DNA of 63,992 bases, filler included, from a bacterium (GTDB lineage: Bacteria > JBBIVP01), in the NCBI GenBank assembly GCA_037439705.1. It is 8 parts of 8 records of this genome, joined end to end, with 100 filler letters (N's around TTAATTAATTAA, not from the genome) between each part and the next. Parts side by side here need not be neighbours in the genome. Positions count along the whole stretch, not along the records: positions 16,936 to 25,175 come from JBBIVP010000092.1; positions 25,276 to 33,504 come from JBBIVP010000093.1; 6 more parts are not named here. One strand, given 5' to 3'. Each line of letters opens with the position of its first letter. Positions within the stretch are counted from its first letter, which is position 1. The notes under the pieces are model-generated. The model was not told the origin of the DNA and searched no databases. It saw nothing but the letters and a program-made list of their open reading frames with translations. A program made the translations under genes and the position numbers. This document shows positions 21,405 to 30,593 of this stretch, piece after piece.

Positions 21405-23029
21405 TCAACCCTTATAAGGACAAGTTCATATCTTCCTTCATCAGGAAATTTTTTCAAAACCTTGAGTTTCAATCCCGTTTTTTCTGCAATATCCATAACC
21501 TCCTCAAGGCTTACTCCAGTTGTAATTCCAGCCCTCTTATAGCTTTCAAGAAGAACCACCTCTCCTTTTGAAAGAAGAAGGGAAAGGTATATTCTCTCCT
21601 GGGGATGGTTATACCCGATGAATGGAATAAAGTCTATAACCTCAATTTTTTCTTCTGATATAAACACATAATCGTACATTCCTGCAATGTTGTGTATTTT
21701 TCTTATCCCGTTTTTTATCAAATAATTTTTAACCTCTTTGTGCAAAGAAAGGGAAAGGGATGAGTTTTTTATGCTATCCCTCAACATCTCTATCTGAATT
21801 ATGTTAAGGAAAATGCCAATTATAAGAACAAATTTTATGGTTTTTTCTTTTAGACCCGAACTCTTCAATCCATCAACTATGAATAGGGAAAGAAATGGAA
21901 GGATGTAGGATATGTGGTATGGGCGGATGTCTGCAAAAATTGTAATGATGATATAAAAAAGGCAAAGGAGAAGAAGAAATTTTTCAGATTTTTCTTTCTT
22001 TTTAGAGAACAGCCCTAAGAAACCGAAACCCATTATAATTCCTGATGGGATGGAAAATGGTATGTATTTAATGTCAATTTTGTCGTGTAGAAAAACCTCA
22101 GCGAATGATGGACCAAAAAATAAACCAGTTAAGTAATAAAAAATGGAATAGAATGGAAGGAGTAAAAAATCCTGAAAAGAACCCTTTCCACGAAATAATA
22201 TGGATTTTAGATCAATAATTGAGGTAAATGCGTATGGAAAAACGAGGAGGAGAAAGATAAATATCCCAAAAATTAAAAGTAGGGTTTTTATCCTGAATGA
22301 GATATTTTTTTCTGTTAAAAGTAATGAAAGAATGATGGAAAAGAGGATTGCTCCACCTGCAAGGAGGTGAAAGTTGAGGATGCATCCGAAGAGGAAAAAA
22401 AATAATACCAGTTCCTTTGAGGTTATGGATGAATTATTCAGGACATTCTTTATCATCATTGAAATTCCAATAAGGGTTATAAATATCATTGGAGCATTTC
22501 CAAGGAAAGGAGCAGCAAACATAAGACCGAAGATGGGAAATGTAATGAGGTATATGGAAATCAATAGGTGGTTTTCTTTTTTATATCTCTTAACAAAACC
22601 ATTGTAAATTGTGAGAAAGATAAGAAGGATGAAAAGAAAAAAGGAGCGAACCGAATAAATTGATTTTCCGAAAATTTCTATATATATTTTTGGAATGTAT
22701 GTGAATGGTAATACGCCCACATAAGAAAGGTGAAGTAACTGGAATTCCCTTTCAAAAATTTTGAGTTTTACAACTGGATGGGGGTCCTTTATGGATGTGC
22801 GAATGTGAAATAAAATGGGTCCAATTTTTTTCTCTTTTGAGAACTCCTCATTCTCCGAAGGAATAATTATGGGACGAGGGTTTCCCGTTTCATCCATTTT
22901 GACACCCACTACCCTTACAGGTTCATAAAAACCACCGAGGGTTCTCTCCTCAGCCATAACTGTTATTAAAAATGCGAACCTCAAATAGAAGATAAGCCCG
23001 ATAAAAAGAATTACAGCCCACTTCTTCAT
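21401..23029 (-). CDS. GT-C-like membrane protein, paralog 3
   Basis: AEERTLGGFYEP, SYVG, FGKSIYSVR, NFHLLAGGA, QIEMLR. Confidence 0.6.
   Translation of the reverse strand: MKKWAVILFIGLIFYLRFAFLITVMAEERTLGGFYEPVRVVGVKMDETGNPRPIIIPSENEEFSKEKKIGPILFHIRTSIKDPHPVVKLKIFEREFQLLHLSYVGVLPFTYIPKIYIEIFGKSIYSVRSFFLFILLIFLTIYNGFVKRYKKENHLLISIYLITFPIFGLMFAAPFLGNAPMIFITLIGISMMIKNVLNNSSITSKELVLFFFLFGCILNFHLLAGGAILFSIILSLLLTEKNISFRIKTLLLIFGIFIFLLLVFPYAFTSIIDLKSILFRGKGSFQDFLLLPFYSIFYYLTGLFFGPSFAEVFLHDKIDIKYIPFSIPSGIIMGFGFLGLFSKKKEKSEKFLLLLCLFYIIITIFADIRPYHISYILPFLSLFIVDGLKSSGLKEKTIKFVLIIGIFLNIIQIEMLRDSIKNSSLSLSLHKEVKNYLIKNGIRKIHNIAGMYDYVFISEEKIEVIDFIPFIGYNHPQERIYLSLLLSKGEVVLLESYKRAGITTGVSLEEVMDIAEKTGLKLKVLKKFPDEGRYELVLIRVE
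21753..21848. repeat. 96-bp near-identical tract, copy 2
   Basis: Matches 20158-20253 at offset 1595. Confidence 0.9.
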
Positions 23030-23832
23030 TTGAAAGAAGAAAGCCTTTTATTTTTTATATAAGAAGAGACGAGAAGAATGACGGATAAACCCGAAACGAA
23101 AATTGATAGAACAAATGTATACTTCCCCACCCATTTGAGAATTGAAAGTTTCTCAATCACTAACTTCTCATATACCTTCATCCCCCCTCCAAAAAAGGCA
23201 ATCCATAATGAAACCTCCCCTTCAAACTTTCTTCTCTTTAAAAGCCACAGAAGAAACAAAAAAACGACAAGACCAAAAACTGAGTGATAGAGTGTAATTG
23301 GATGAATTGGATATGGGAAGAGTTTTCCCGCCTCTGATTTTGGGTGAAAAATAACCCCGAATGTAGAGGATGTTGGCTTTCCGGAGCTCCATCCGAGACC
23401 GAAGGCAAAAAAGTGAAAGAGGAAGTGAAACAGGAAAAGAAATGGAAGGATTGTATCGTATGTATCAAATATATTTTTTTTACGAAGAATGAAGTAAAAG
23501 AATGTGAAAAGGATTCCAATTTTCATATCAAAAATTCCCTCAAGGCTCAAAAATTCTATCAAAGTTTCTCTATATCCAATAAACAATAATGTGAAGAGAA
23601 GGTGAATTGGCTGGGAAAGTAAAAGCCCGATTACCAAAACCGCATAGAATTCAAAAAGGGTTCCTATATCTTTTTTCTTTTTTTTCCATAACAGGTAGTT
23701 GAGAAGGAAGGTAGGAAGTCCAGCAAAAAGAATAAAGATAAAAATGGGATCAAAGAAAGGAGGGAGGTTTTTGAGGAGATATGTGAGAAAATTATAAAAT
23801 CCCCACTGAAATTTTGTAAGAAAATAGGTCAT
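23026..23832 (-). CDS. Highly divergent Lgt-like protein A
   Basis: GKPTSSTFGVIFHP...PIHPITLYH...FEGEV; clear paralog of 19003-19806. Confidence 0.62.
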   Translation of the reverse strand: MTYFLTKFQWGFYNFLTYLLKNLPPFFDPIFIFILFAGLPTFLLNYLLWKKKKKDIGTLFEFYAVLVIGLLLSQPIHLLFTLLFIGYRETLIEFLSLEGIFDMKIGILFTFFYFILRKKNIFDTYDTILPFLFLFHFLFHFFAFGLGWSSGKPTSSTFGVIFHPKSEAGKLFPYPIHPITLYHSVFGLVVFLFLLWLLKRRKFEGEVSLWIAFFGGGMKVYEKLVIEKLSILKWVGKYTFVLSIFVSGLSVILLVSSYIKNKRLSSFK

Positions 23833-23855
23833 TTTTTACAATATTAAAAGACCAC

Positions 23856-23884
23856 TTGACTTTTTTCAAATTTTATTTTATAAT
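23856..23884 (+). promoter_or_regulatory. Near-consensus sigma70 promoter, overlapping a divergent promoter
   Basis: TTGACT-17-TATAAT; the opposite strand has TTGAAA-17-TAATAT (23841-23869) upstream of Lgt-like A. Confidence 0.7.
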
Positions 23885-23910
23885 TATAATAATGAAAGAA
23901 GGGGGATGAA

Positions 23911-25175
23911 ATGAAGAGAATTTTTTTGCCAATAGGTTTTTTATGCGTTGTCATTTCCTTTGTTTTTTTCCTGGTTAAGACATCAAGGGGTAAAGCACCA
24001 TCTCTTGCAGTTCCATCAACATCTCCAATAACTGTGGATAAGGGAATGAGTTTTGGATGCACAGGCGGCGATTTTCCGAGCATAGATTACAGGAATTATT
24101 ATGTTAATACTTCAACTTCCTGTCCAACAGGAGGAACTGATGCACCATATTGGGGTTTCTGCCAGGACGATGCGTATCGTGGAGAGGTTTTTGATGATGG
24201 AATGTATAGCTGGACAATACCTAATAATACATACAGCACATCACCTGAATTTAATGGATTGATTCAATACTTGGAGGGGCAGATAAGAGAGATGCTTGCT
24301 GGACCGGATGTTATAACAATGCTCAACGGTATGCTTTGCGGTCAGGGTACTCATGCTGCTTCATCATCATCTGTATCAGGTGTAGATGCCTGTGCATCAG
24401 CAGACCTCTGCGTATTTGATGCTGGCAAGGGAGGTTTCAAGAATGCTGGAAATTGCTCATTGGAGGGCTACACAGCAACAAGCTGCTACGGCCCAAACTC
24501 CGGTTCAGGAAATGCAACAGTTACTTATGATTCAAATGGAGATGGAACAAAGGATACAAATTGGACCACAATGAATGATGGATGGCTTGTTTATGCAAAC
24601 AGGGGTGAGGCAAAGATATGGTTCAATCAAGGAGAGGGGAAGATAGAGGCACTCATTGCCCTTTGGGGCGATTCTGAGGCTAAGAGAATCCCTCCACTCC
24701 CACCTGTTGGATATGGCTGGGACCAGAACGACCCAGCAGGAACATCAGAAAATAATAACAGAAACTGGGACAGGACCTGCGTAGAGGCATCGGTGAAATT
24801 GTGTGAAAATAACGGCACCAGATGCCCTGGTGCAGAAGGAGAGTGTGGTGCTGTATATGTTGCTGCAAACCTTGACCTATATGCTGATGCCATTGTTATA
24901 AAGACGAAGATGAGCATAAAGCAGGATACAAATAACAAGAACATAATTGATATATGCCCTGATTTTGACCCATCTACTGGAAAACCAAGCATAAATACAA
25001 CATGGATTGAATTGGTTGACCAAGATATAGAGCCAAATTTAACAGTTGACCTCGGTGTTCTGGGTTGCACCTGCGAGATTGACCCCGATGCATCATTTCC
25101 ACCCGATCCCCTTAATTACCAACTTGCAGGACTGGTTTTTGACTTTCTTTCAAAATTCCTCCATGGAGATTGCAA
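23911..25175 (+). CDS. Secreted Cys-rich hypothetical protein, truncated by the contig end
   Basis: Signal-peptide-like N-terminus, many Cys, DSNGDG Ca-loop-like motif, GGGGGA RBS. Confidence 0.8.
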
Positions 25176-25275
25176 NNNNNNNNNNNNNNNNNNNNNNNNN
25201 NNNNNNNNNNNNNNNNNNNTTAATTAATTAANNNNNNNNNNNNNNNNNNNNNNNNNNNNNNNNNNNNNNNNNNNN
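25176..25275. other. Artificial contig linker
   Basis: N-TTAATTAATTAA-N. Confidence 0.97.
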
Positions 25276-25480
25276 TCGGTCCATACTCCACTAATTTCAG
25301 AAATAGTTTTATAGCCCTTCTTATGTCCCTATGAGCGTGGATCAAAAATCTGTCAACCTCAAGGTCAAGGACGAGGTCCTAAAATTTGTAATGGGGATTA
25401 CCACCTTCTGGAATCATAGCATTTCCTATTGCATTTATGAGCTCTGCCTCTTTAATGCTGAATGCCCTCAAACTGCTCAT
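25276..25480 (-). pseudogene. 5' part of a small gene with an in-frame TAG; resembles gluconate-2-dehydrogenase subunit 3-like proteins
   Basis: MSSLRAFSIKEAELINAIGNAMIPEGGNPHYKF*DLVLDLEVDRFL...LVEYGP; TAG at 25379-25381. Confidence 0.5.
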
Positions 25481-25544
25481 ACTTTAAAATTTCAATAGAA
25501 TTTTTTATTTTTCAATGATTTTCAAAAATTTAAGTGTCATACTT

Positions 25545-25940
25545 TTATTTAATTTTTACATTCTCGCTTATGAACCTTATTATTTCTTCTATGAGGCTAC
25601 CTGCAGGAAATACCTCATCTACTCCCATCCTTTTCAACTTCTTTATGTCCTGGGGCGGAATAACTCCACCGACGAGAAAAAGAACATCTTTCTGAACCTC
25701 TTTTTTTATGAGCCTTAAAACCTTTCTTGTATGCTCTATATGCTCGCCTGATAAAAAAGAGAGTCCTATCACATCTACATCTTCATCAATAGCGGTTTTC
25801 ACAACCTCTTCTGGCTTTAACATCTTTCCGAGATAAATCACCTCAAATCCTGCGTCTCTCAATGCTAAACTCAAAACCTTTATTCCCCTGTCATGCCCAT
25901 CAAGTGAGGTTTTGGCAAGCAGAATCTTTATTCTTTTCAT
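25545..25940 (-). CDS. Cobalamin-binding small subunit of an acyl-CoA mutase
   Basis: LDGHDRG (DxHxxG), SFLSGEH, GGVIP. Confidence 0.94.
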   Translation of the reverse strand: MKRIKILLAKTSLDGHDRGIKVLSLALRDAGFEVIYLGKMLKPEEVVKTAIDEDVDVIGLSFLSGEHIEHTRKVLRLIKKEVQKDVLFLVGGVIPPQDIKKLKRMGVDEVFPAGSLIEEIIRFISENVKIK

Positions 25941-27568
25941 TTTAGTGGGGATTTCAATTTTCCAAGCGGGTCATACCTCATGCGGTAAGCTTCCCTTATT
26001 ATACCCATTATTTCGCCCATAGTGCAATATGCCTTCGCACAATCCACTATGTAGGGAATTAGATTTTTGTCATTCTTCGCAGCTTCTTTAAGAGCGCTGA
26101 GAGTATCAAGAACCTCTTTCCTTAACCTTTTTTTTCTCAAATCCTTTATCTTCCTTATCTGCTCCATCTTCTTTCTCTTTGAAATCCTGTGAACTGGCAA
26201 TGGTTTTGTCTCTTCCTGTGAACGAAAAATGTTGACCCCAACTATGAGTTTTTTTCTCTCCATTACCTCCTTCTGATACTGATAGGCAGACCTGTCAATC
26301 TCTCCCTGAACCCATCCAGATTTTATTGTATTCACCATTCCACCTCTTTTCATTATCTCATCAAGGATTTTGTTCGCCTCCTCTTCAAGTTTGTCTGTAA
26401 GGTATTCAACATAATAAGAACCGCCAAGTGGGTCAGCACATCTTCCAACACCAGTTTCGTATGCGAGAATCTGCTGTGTTCTCAATGAAATTCTTGCGCT
26501 TTCTTTCGTGGGAAGGGCTAAGGGCTCATCATAAGCACAGCAATGAAGGGATTGAACCCCTCCGAGGACCGCTGCTAATGCTTCATAAGCAACCCTTATT
26601 ATGTTGTTCAAAGGTTCCTGAGGAACGAGAGAACATCCAGCAGTGTGAACTCCAAATTTGAACCTCATCGTCCTCTCATCCCTTGCTCCATATTTTTCCT
26701 TCATCAACTTAGCCCACATCCTCCTCATTGCCCGCAGTTTTGCCACTTCTTCAAATATGTCAATATGGGCTGAACAATAAAAAGCAATTCTGGGTCCAAA
26801 CTCGTCAATTGACAATCCCCTTTTTAAACAGGCATCAATGTATGCCATTGCCATGGCGAAGGAAAAGGCAATCTCCTGAGCAGCATTCAATCCATTTTCT
26901 CTCAGATCATAGGCATTGATGTTCTGGGGATAAAAAAGTGGCATATTTTTTGTGCAGAAATCAATGATATCTGTAGCAGTTTTCAGGCAGAGTTCTGTAG
27001 GAGTGAACTCTTCAGGATATCCGCAAAAACGATGGTGAAGTGGGTCGTTCTGTATTGTCCCCCTTAGATTTCTTATATCAATTCCCCTCTTCTGAGCAGT
27101 AGCAATGTAAAAGGCAAGGATAACAGGAGAAGCATAGGATGTGATGACGAGTGACGAACTAACCTTATCAAGAGGAATTCCATCCATCATTTCCTCCATA
27201 TCTGGAAGCGAACAAAGGGAAGTTCCCTGAACCCCAACCTCATCCCTTACATCGGGATGGTCTGCATCAATCCCTGTCATTGTGGGTATATCAAAAATCA
27301 CATCAAGTCCGGTTTCTCCTTCTTTAAAAAGGAACTTAAATCTTTCGTTCGTCTCTTTCGGTGTGCCGAACCCGCAGACCGCTCTCATTGTCCACAATCT
27401 TCCCCTGTACATATTCGGATATATTCCTCTCGTATAAGGAAATTCTCCTGGAAGGGATTTATCCTTTTTCCTTATGTCATCATTCGTATAGAAAACCTTC
27501 ACAGGATAACCTGACCAGGTTCTATCTTCCTCAATTTTTGAAAAATAGCCATATCTTCTTTCTTTCAT
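25937..27568 (-). CDS. Acyl-CoA mutase large subunit (methylmalonyl-CoA mutase family), non-canonical specificity residues
   Basis: PGEFPYTRG, GTIQND, FEEVAKLRA, LGGVQSLH..AYDE, DPLGGSYYVE, IVGVN. Confidence 0.93.
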   Translation of the reverse strand: MKERRYGYFSKIEEDRTWSGYPVKVFYTNDDIRKKDKSLPGEFPYTRGIYPNMYRGRLWTMRAVCGFGTPKETNERFKFLFKEGETGLDVIFDIPTMTGIDADHPDVRDEVGVQGTSLCSLPDMEEMMDGIPLDKVSSSLVITSYASPVILAFYIATAQKRGIDIRNLRGTIQNDPLHHRFCGYPEEFTPTELCLKTATDIIDFCTKNMPLFYPQNINAYDLRENGLNAAQEIAFSFAMAMAYIDACLKRGLSIDEFGPRIAFYCSAHIDIFEEVAKLRAMRRMWAKLMKEKYGARDERTMRFKFGVHTAGCSLVPQEPLNNIIRVAYEALAAVLGGVQSLHCCAYDEPLALPTKESARISLRTQQILAYETGVGRCADPLGGSYYVEYLTDKLEEEANKILDEIMKRGGMVNTIKSGWVQGEIDRSAYQYQKEVMERKKLIVGVNIFRSQEETKPLPVHRISKRKKMEQIRKIKDLRKKRLRKEVLDTLSALKEAAKNDKNLIPYIVDCAKAYCTMGEIMGIIREAYRMRYDPLGKLKSPLK

Positions 27569-29025
27569 TTCTCATCTCCTTTAATTCCTGCTATCTCCTT
27601 AGCAAGTCTCTTTTTTTCTTCCCAGTTCACAAGCCTGTTAATCATACTTTTCTGCGCCTCCGGAGGTCCTGCCCCCTGCATTGATTCTACCATATATCCA
27701 ACTGCCCCAAGACCAAACAGGAGGTTCTCTATGAGCCTTATTATCCTTATTTTATCCTCTGTTTTTACACCTTCTTTTCCCTGAAGGTATTTTTCTAAAA
27801 ATTTTCCTGCTTCGGGATGGAAGAAATCCTTTTCGGATGGCAATGTGCCGATTATTCCGCCTGCAATATCCACTGCAAGCTCAGCCATTCTATACGGGAG
27901 TTTCGCCACATTGAGCTTGCACACATTTCCAAGGAGTAAATTTGTGAAATATGTGCCTTGAGAGGTCATTTCTCCTTCCGCTCCCGCTGCAATTCCGCAG
28001 GAATAAATGGTTTCGGTGAGGTAAACCATTTCAATAAGTTTTTCCTTTATGTGGGGAAATTTCATCAGTCCGTTGTATTCAGCGAGAAGGGCAACTGCTC
28101 CTATCAAAACATCAGAAACCCCTGCTTTGCATCCTCCGTAGGTCTGTCTGTGATTTGAGCCAAATAAATAAGGTATTCTTCCAGCCCATTCATACTCTCC
28201 GCAGAGGAAAACTCTTTCCCACGGAACGAACAGGTCATCAAAAATCATTATCGTTTCCTGTGCCCCAAATCTGTAATTTCCTACATCTATTTTGCATCCC
28301 TCAAGTTTTCTTGAATCGGAAAACTGCCTTCCATATATGTGTATTATCCCTTTCTCATCAGAAGGAACCACAAAGGCTACCGCATACTCCTTATCCTCCT
28401 CCCTCATAGCACAGGTGGGAGCAACAAATGTCCAGTGAACATTTATTGAACCGCTCTGATTTGCTTTCGCTCCCCTAACAATTATTCCTTCTGAATTCTT
28501 CTTTATCACTCTTAGATAGAGGTCTTTGTCCTTTTGTTCATGGGGTCTCAAGCCCCTGTTTCCCTTTACATCCGTCATAGCAACCCCCACATTCAAATCC
28601 TTCGTCTGCACCTCCTTCATAAATTCAATGAACCTTCTATGGTATTCCGTTCCCAGTTTCTGATCCATTTCCTTTGTTACAATGTAAAGGGCGTTGGCTG
28701 TATCCATGGTCGTGCACCTCTGAAAACAGGTTGCAGTTTTCTGACCGAGTAGCCTGGCCATCTTCACCTTTTTTATAAGGTCCTCTTTTGTTTGATAAAT
28801 GTGGGTAAACCTGTTCACCCTCTCTCCTGTTATTCCTGAAATAGCGGTCATAATATCCTCATACTCAGGACAATGGGCAAGTTCGTATGTCATAGCCACT
28901 GCATTTCTTGAGGGAATGATTATTGGATGCTCTGATGGATTTTCAACCCTTTCGCCAAAAAGGTAAACGATGGGCTTCATCTTTTTAAGACTTTCAATGT
29001 ATTCCTTACCGTTCATTAAAGCCAT
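27565..29025 (-). CDS. abfD: 4-hydroxybutyryl-CoA dehydratase / vinylacetyl-CoA isomerase homolog (FAD, [4Fe-4S])
   Basis: CFQRC, AMTDVKG.R, HRQTYGGCK and VES..GAG motifs. Confidence 0.85.
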   Translation of the reverse strand: MALMNGKEYIESLKKMKPIVYLFGERVENPSEHPIIIPSRNAVAMTYELAHCPEYEDIMTAISGITGERVNRFTHIYQTKEDLIKKVKMARLLGQKTATCFQRCTTMDTANALYIVTKEMDQKLGTEYHRRFIEFMKEVQTKDLNVGVAMTDVKGNRGLRPHEQKDKDLYLRVIKKNSEGIIVRGAKANQSGSINVHWTFVAPTCAMREEDKEYAVAFVVPSDEKGIIHIYGRQFSDSRKLEGCKIDVGNYRFGAQETIMIFDDLFVPWERVFLCGEYEWAGRIPYLFGSNHRQTYGGCKAGVSDVLIGAVALLAEYNGLMKFPHIKEKLIEMVYLTETIYSCGIAAGAEGEMTSQGTYFTNLLLGNVCKLNVAKLPYRMAELAVDIAGGIIGTLPSEKDFFHPEAGKFLEKYLQGKEGVKTEDKIRIIRLIENLLFGLGAVGYMVESMQGAGPPEAQKSMINRLVNWEEKKRLAKEIAGIKGDEK

Positions 29026-29059
29026 CTCTTCACCTCCTATATTTTACTAAAATAACATC

Positions 29060-29464
29060 TCAAAACTCCGTTTCTATAGATGATACGATATTTGCAAAAA
29101 TGTTTGTGGCTTTTAATAACTTCATAGCTCTCACAGTATCCCCTTCAAACTCTATATTTCCTGATGTAAATGCTTCAAGTGGAGAGACCTCCCCCATCAC
29201 AATTTTTGAGAGATAATCGTAGGTGGTGGTTGTCTTGAAGTCAGCATCCTTTACATCTTCAAATATAACATCAACCAGTTTCCCTTCTTTGAACACATAA
29301 CAGAAATATATCTCAGGACCCCCTCCATGAACACTTTCTGGACAGTCGGTTATGTGGTATAAAATTTTGGCAGTCAACTCCTTCCCTTCCCTTTCCATAT
29401 CTGAACAGAGATTTGTCCTCCTTTTTACCTCCTCAAACCATTCCTTTGTAAGAAATTTTATCAT
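29060..29464 (-). CDS. SCP2 sterol/lipid-binding domain protein
   Basis: KFLTKEWFE...ADF.....Y....KIV.GE.SP..AF.SG.IEFEGD; start re-called to ATG 29464 (GGAGG RBS). Confidence 0.8.
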   Translation of the reverse strand: MIKFLTKEWFEEVKRRTNLCSDMEREGKELTAKILYHITDCPESVHGGGPEIYFCYVFKEGKLVDVIFEDVKDADFKTTTTYDYLSKIVMGEVSPLEAFTSGNIEFEGDTVRAMKLLKATNIFANIVSSIETEF

Positions 29465-29474
29465 GTCAACCTCC

Positions 29475-30593
29475 TTATAAAAATTCTGCAATGAATTCAG
29501 TAAGGTCTCCAATGTAATAATTCACCCTTTTTCCAGCCTTTCTGAGGTTCATTATACAAAATGGGCAAGATGTTAGAAGGTAATCAACTCCTTCAGGAAC
29601 ATCGTTAAGTCTCTCCTCCGCTATCTCCCTGGCAAGGAGTGGAAAACCCTCCATTACCCCTCCACCTGCACCACAGCACCAGGCATTTTCCTTACTCCTT
29701 TTCATCTCAAGAAAGGTTATCCCTTCAATTGATTTTATTATATCCCTCTGAGCGTCAAAGACCTTTGCATGCCTTCCGAGATAACATGGGTCGTGATATG
29801 TTACTACCGCTCTCCATCCCTTTTTTGGTTTGATTGCTTTTTCCCTTATTTTCCTTTTCAGAACCTCAACTATATGGCTCACCTTCACTCCATTCAATTT
29901 ATAGTCGATTTTTAGAGTTCTGTAGCAATGACTGCATATAGCTACTACCTCTTTTATTCCCCTTTCTTTTATCTTTGACAGATTTTCATCCCTTAATGAA
30001 TTAAATGTGAAAAGGTCTCCTACCCTTTTCGCAAAATCCCCACAGCATATTTCATCTTTGAATACAAGAGGGTCAATTCCGCATCTCAAAAGGAGCTCAA
30101 TGGATTTTTCAAGAATGTTCTTTAGCCCCCTGTCATAATAGAAACTGCATCCTATGAAAAGGAGGATTTTGCTGTTCTCATTTTCATATTCATAAGAAAA
30201 TTCTTTCCCGCCGTAAAGGTTTTTGAAATTTTTGAGGTTTTCCAAAAATTTTTTGTGTACTTCAAGTGGAGCTATTCCGCTATTAAATGCTTCCTCCCTC
30301 AATGCAAAAAAAATGGAAAGCGTATCAACTGATGATGGGCAATGTGCCATACAATTTCCACAGGTCAGGCAGTGATATATTCTTTCAAAGAGTGGCCCAT
30401 CAAAATTTTTTATCCTCCCCTCATAAATCAATCTTGAAATTCCAACCTTTCCTCTCGCAAAGAATGTATCAATTCCGTATCTTTCTCCCATAGGGCAGAG
30501 CAGATTTACCCCACTTTTATAATCAACTGCCCTCCTGCAGAAACCACACCTTGTGCAGGTATATATTTCTTCTCTTACCCTTTCAATTGCCAT
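29475..30593 (-). CDS. Fe-S oxidoreductase with two [4Fe-4S] motifs and CCG domains (GlcF/HdrD-like)
   Basis: CTRCGFC, CLTCGNC...CP, CCG, YHDPCYLGR, CCGAGGG, CPFC. Confidence 0.9.
   Translation of the reverse strand: MAIERVREEIYTCTRCGFCRRAVDYKSGVNLLCPMGERYGIDTFFARGKVGISRLIYEGRIKNFDGPLFERIYHCLTCGNCMAHCPSSVDTLSIFFALREEAFNSGIAPLEVHKKFLENLKNFKNLYGGKEFSYEYENENSKILLFIGCSFYYDRGLKNILEKSIELLLRCGIDPLVFKDEICCGDFAKRVGDLFTFNSLRDENLSKIKERGIKEVVAICSHCYRTLKIDYKLNGVKVSHIVEVLKRKIREKAIKPKKGWRAVVTYHDPCYLGRHAKVFDAQRDIIKSIEGITFLEMKRSKENAWCCGAGGGVMEGFPLLAREIAEERLNDVPEGVDYLLTSCPFCIMNLRKAGKRVNYYIGDLTEFIAEFL

Noticed and set aside
20158-21848. Diversity-generating retroelement TR/VR pair
   Set aside because: Only two silent mismatches, both copies lie inside paralogous genes, and no reverse transcriptase is in view
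27565-29025. abfD plus mutase as evidence of a 3HP/4HB carbon fixation cycle
   Set aside because: The mutase lacks MCM specificity residues and no other cycle enzymes are in the operon
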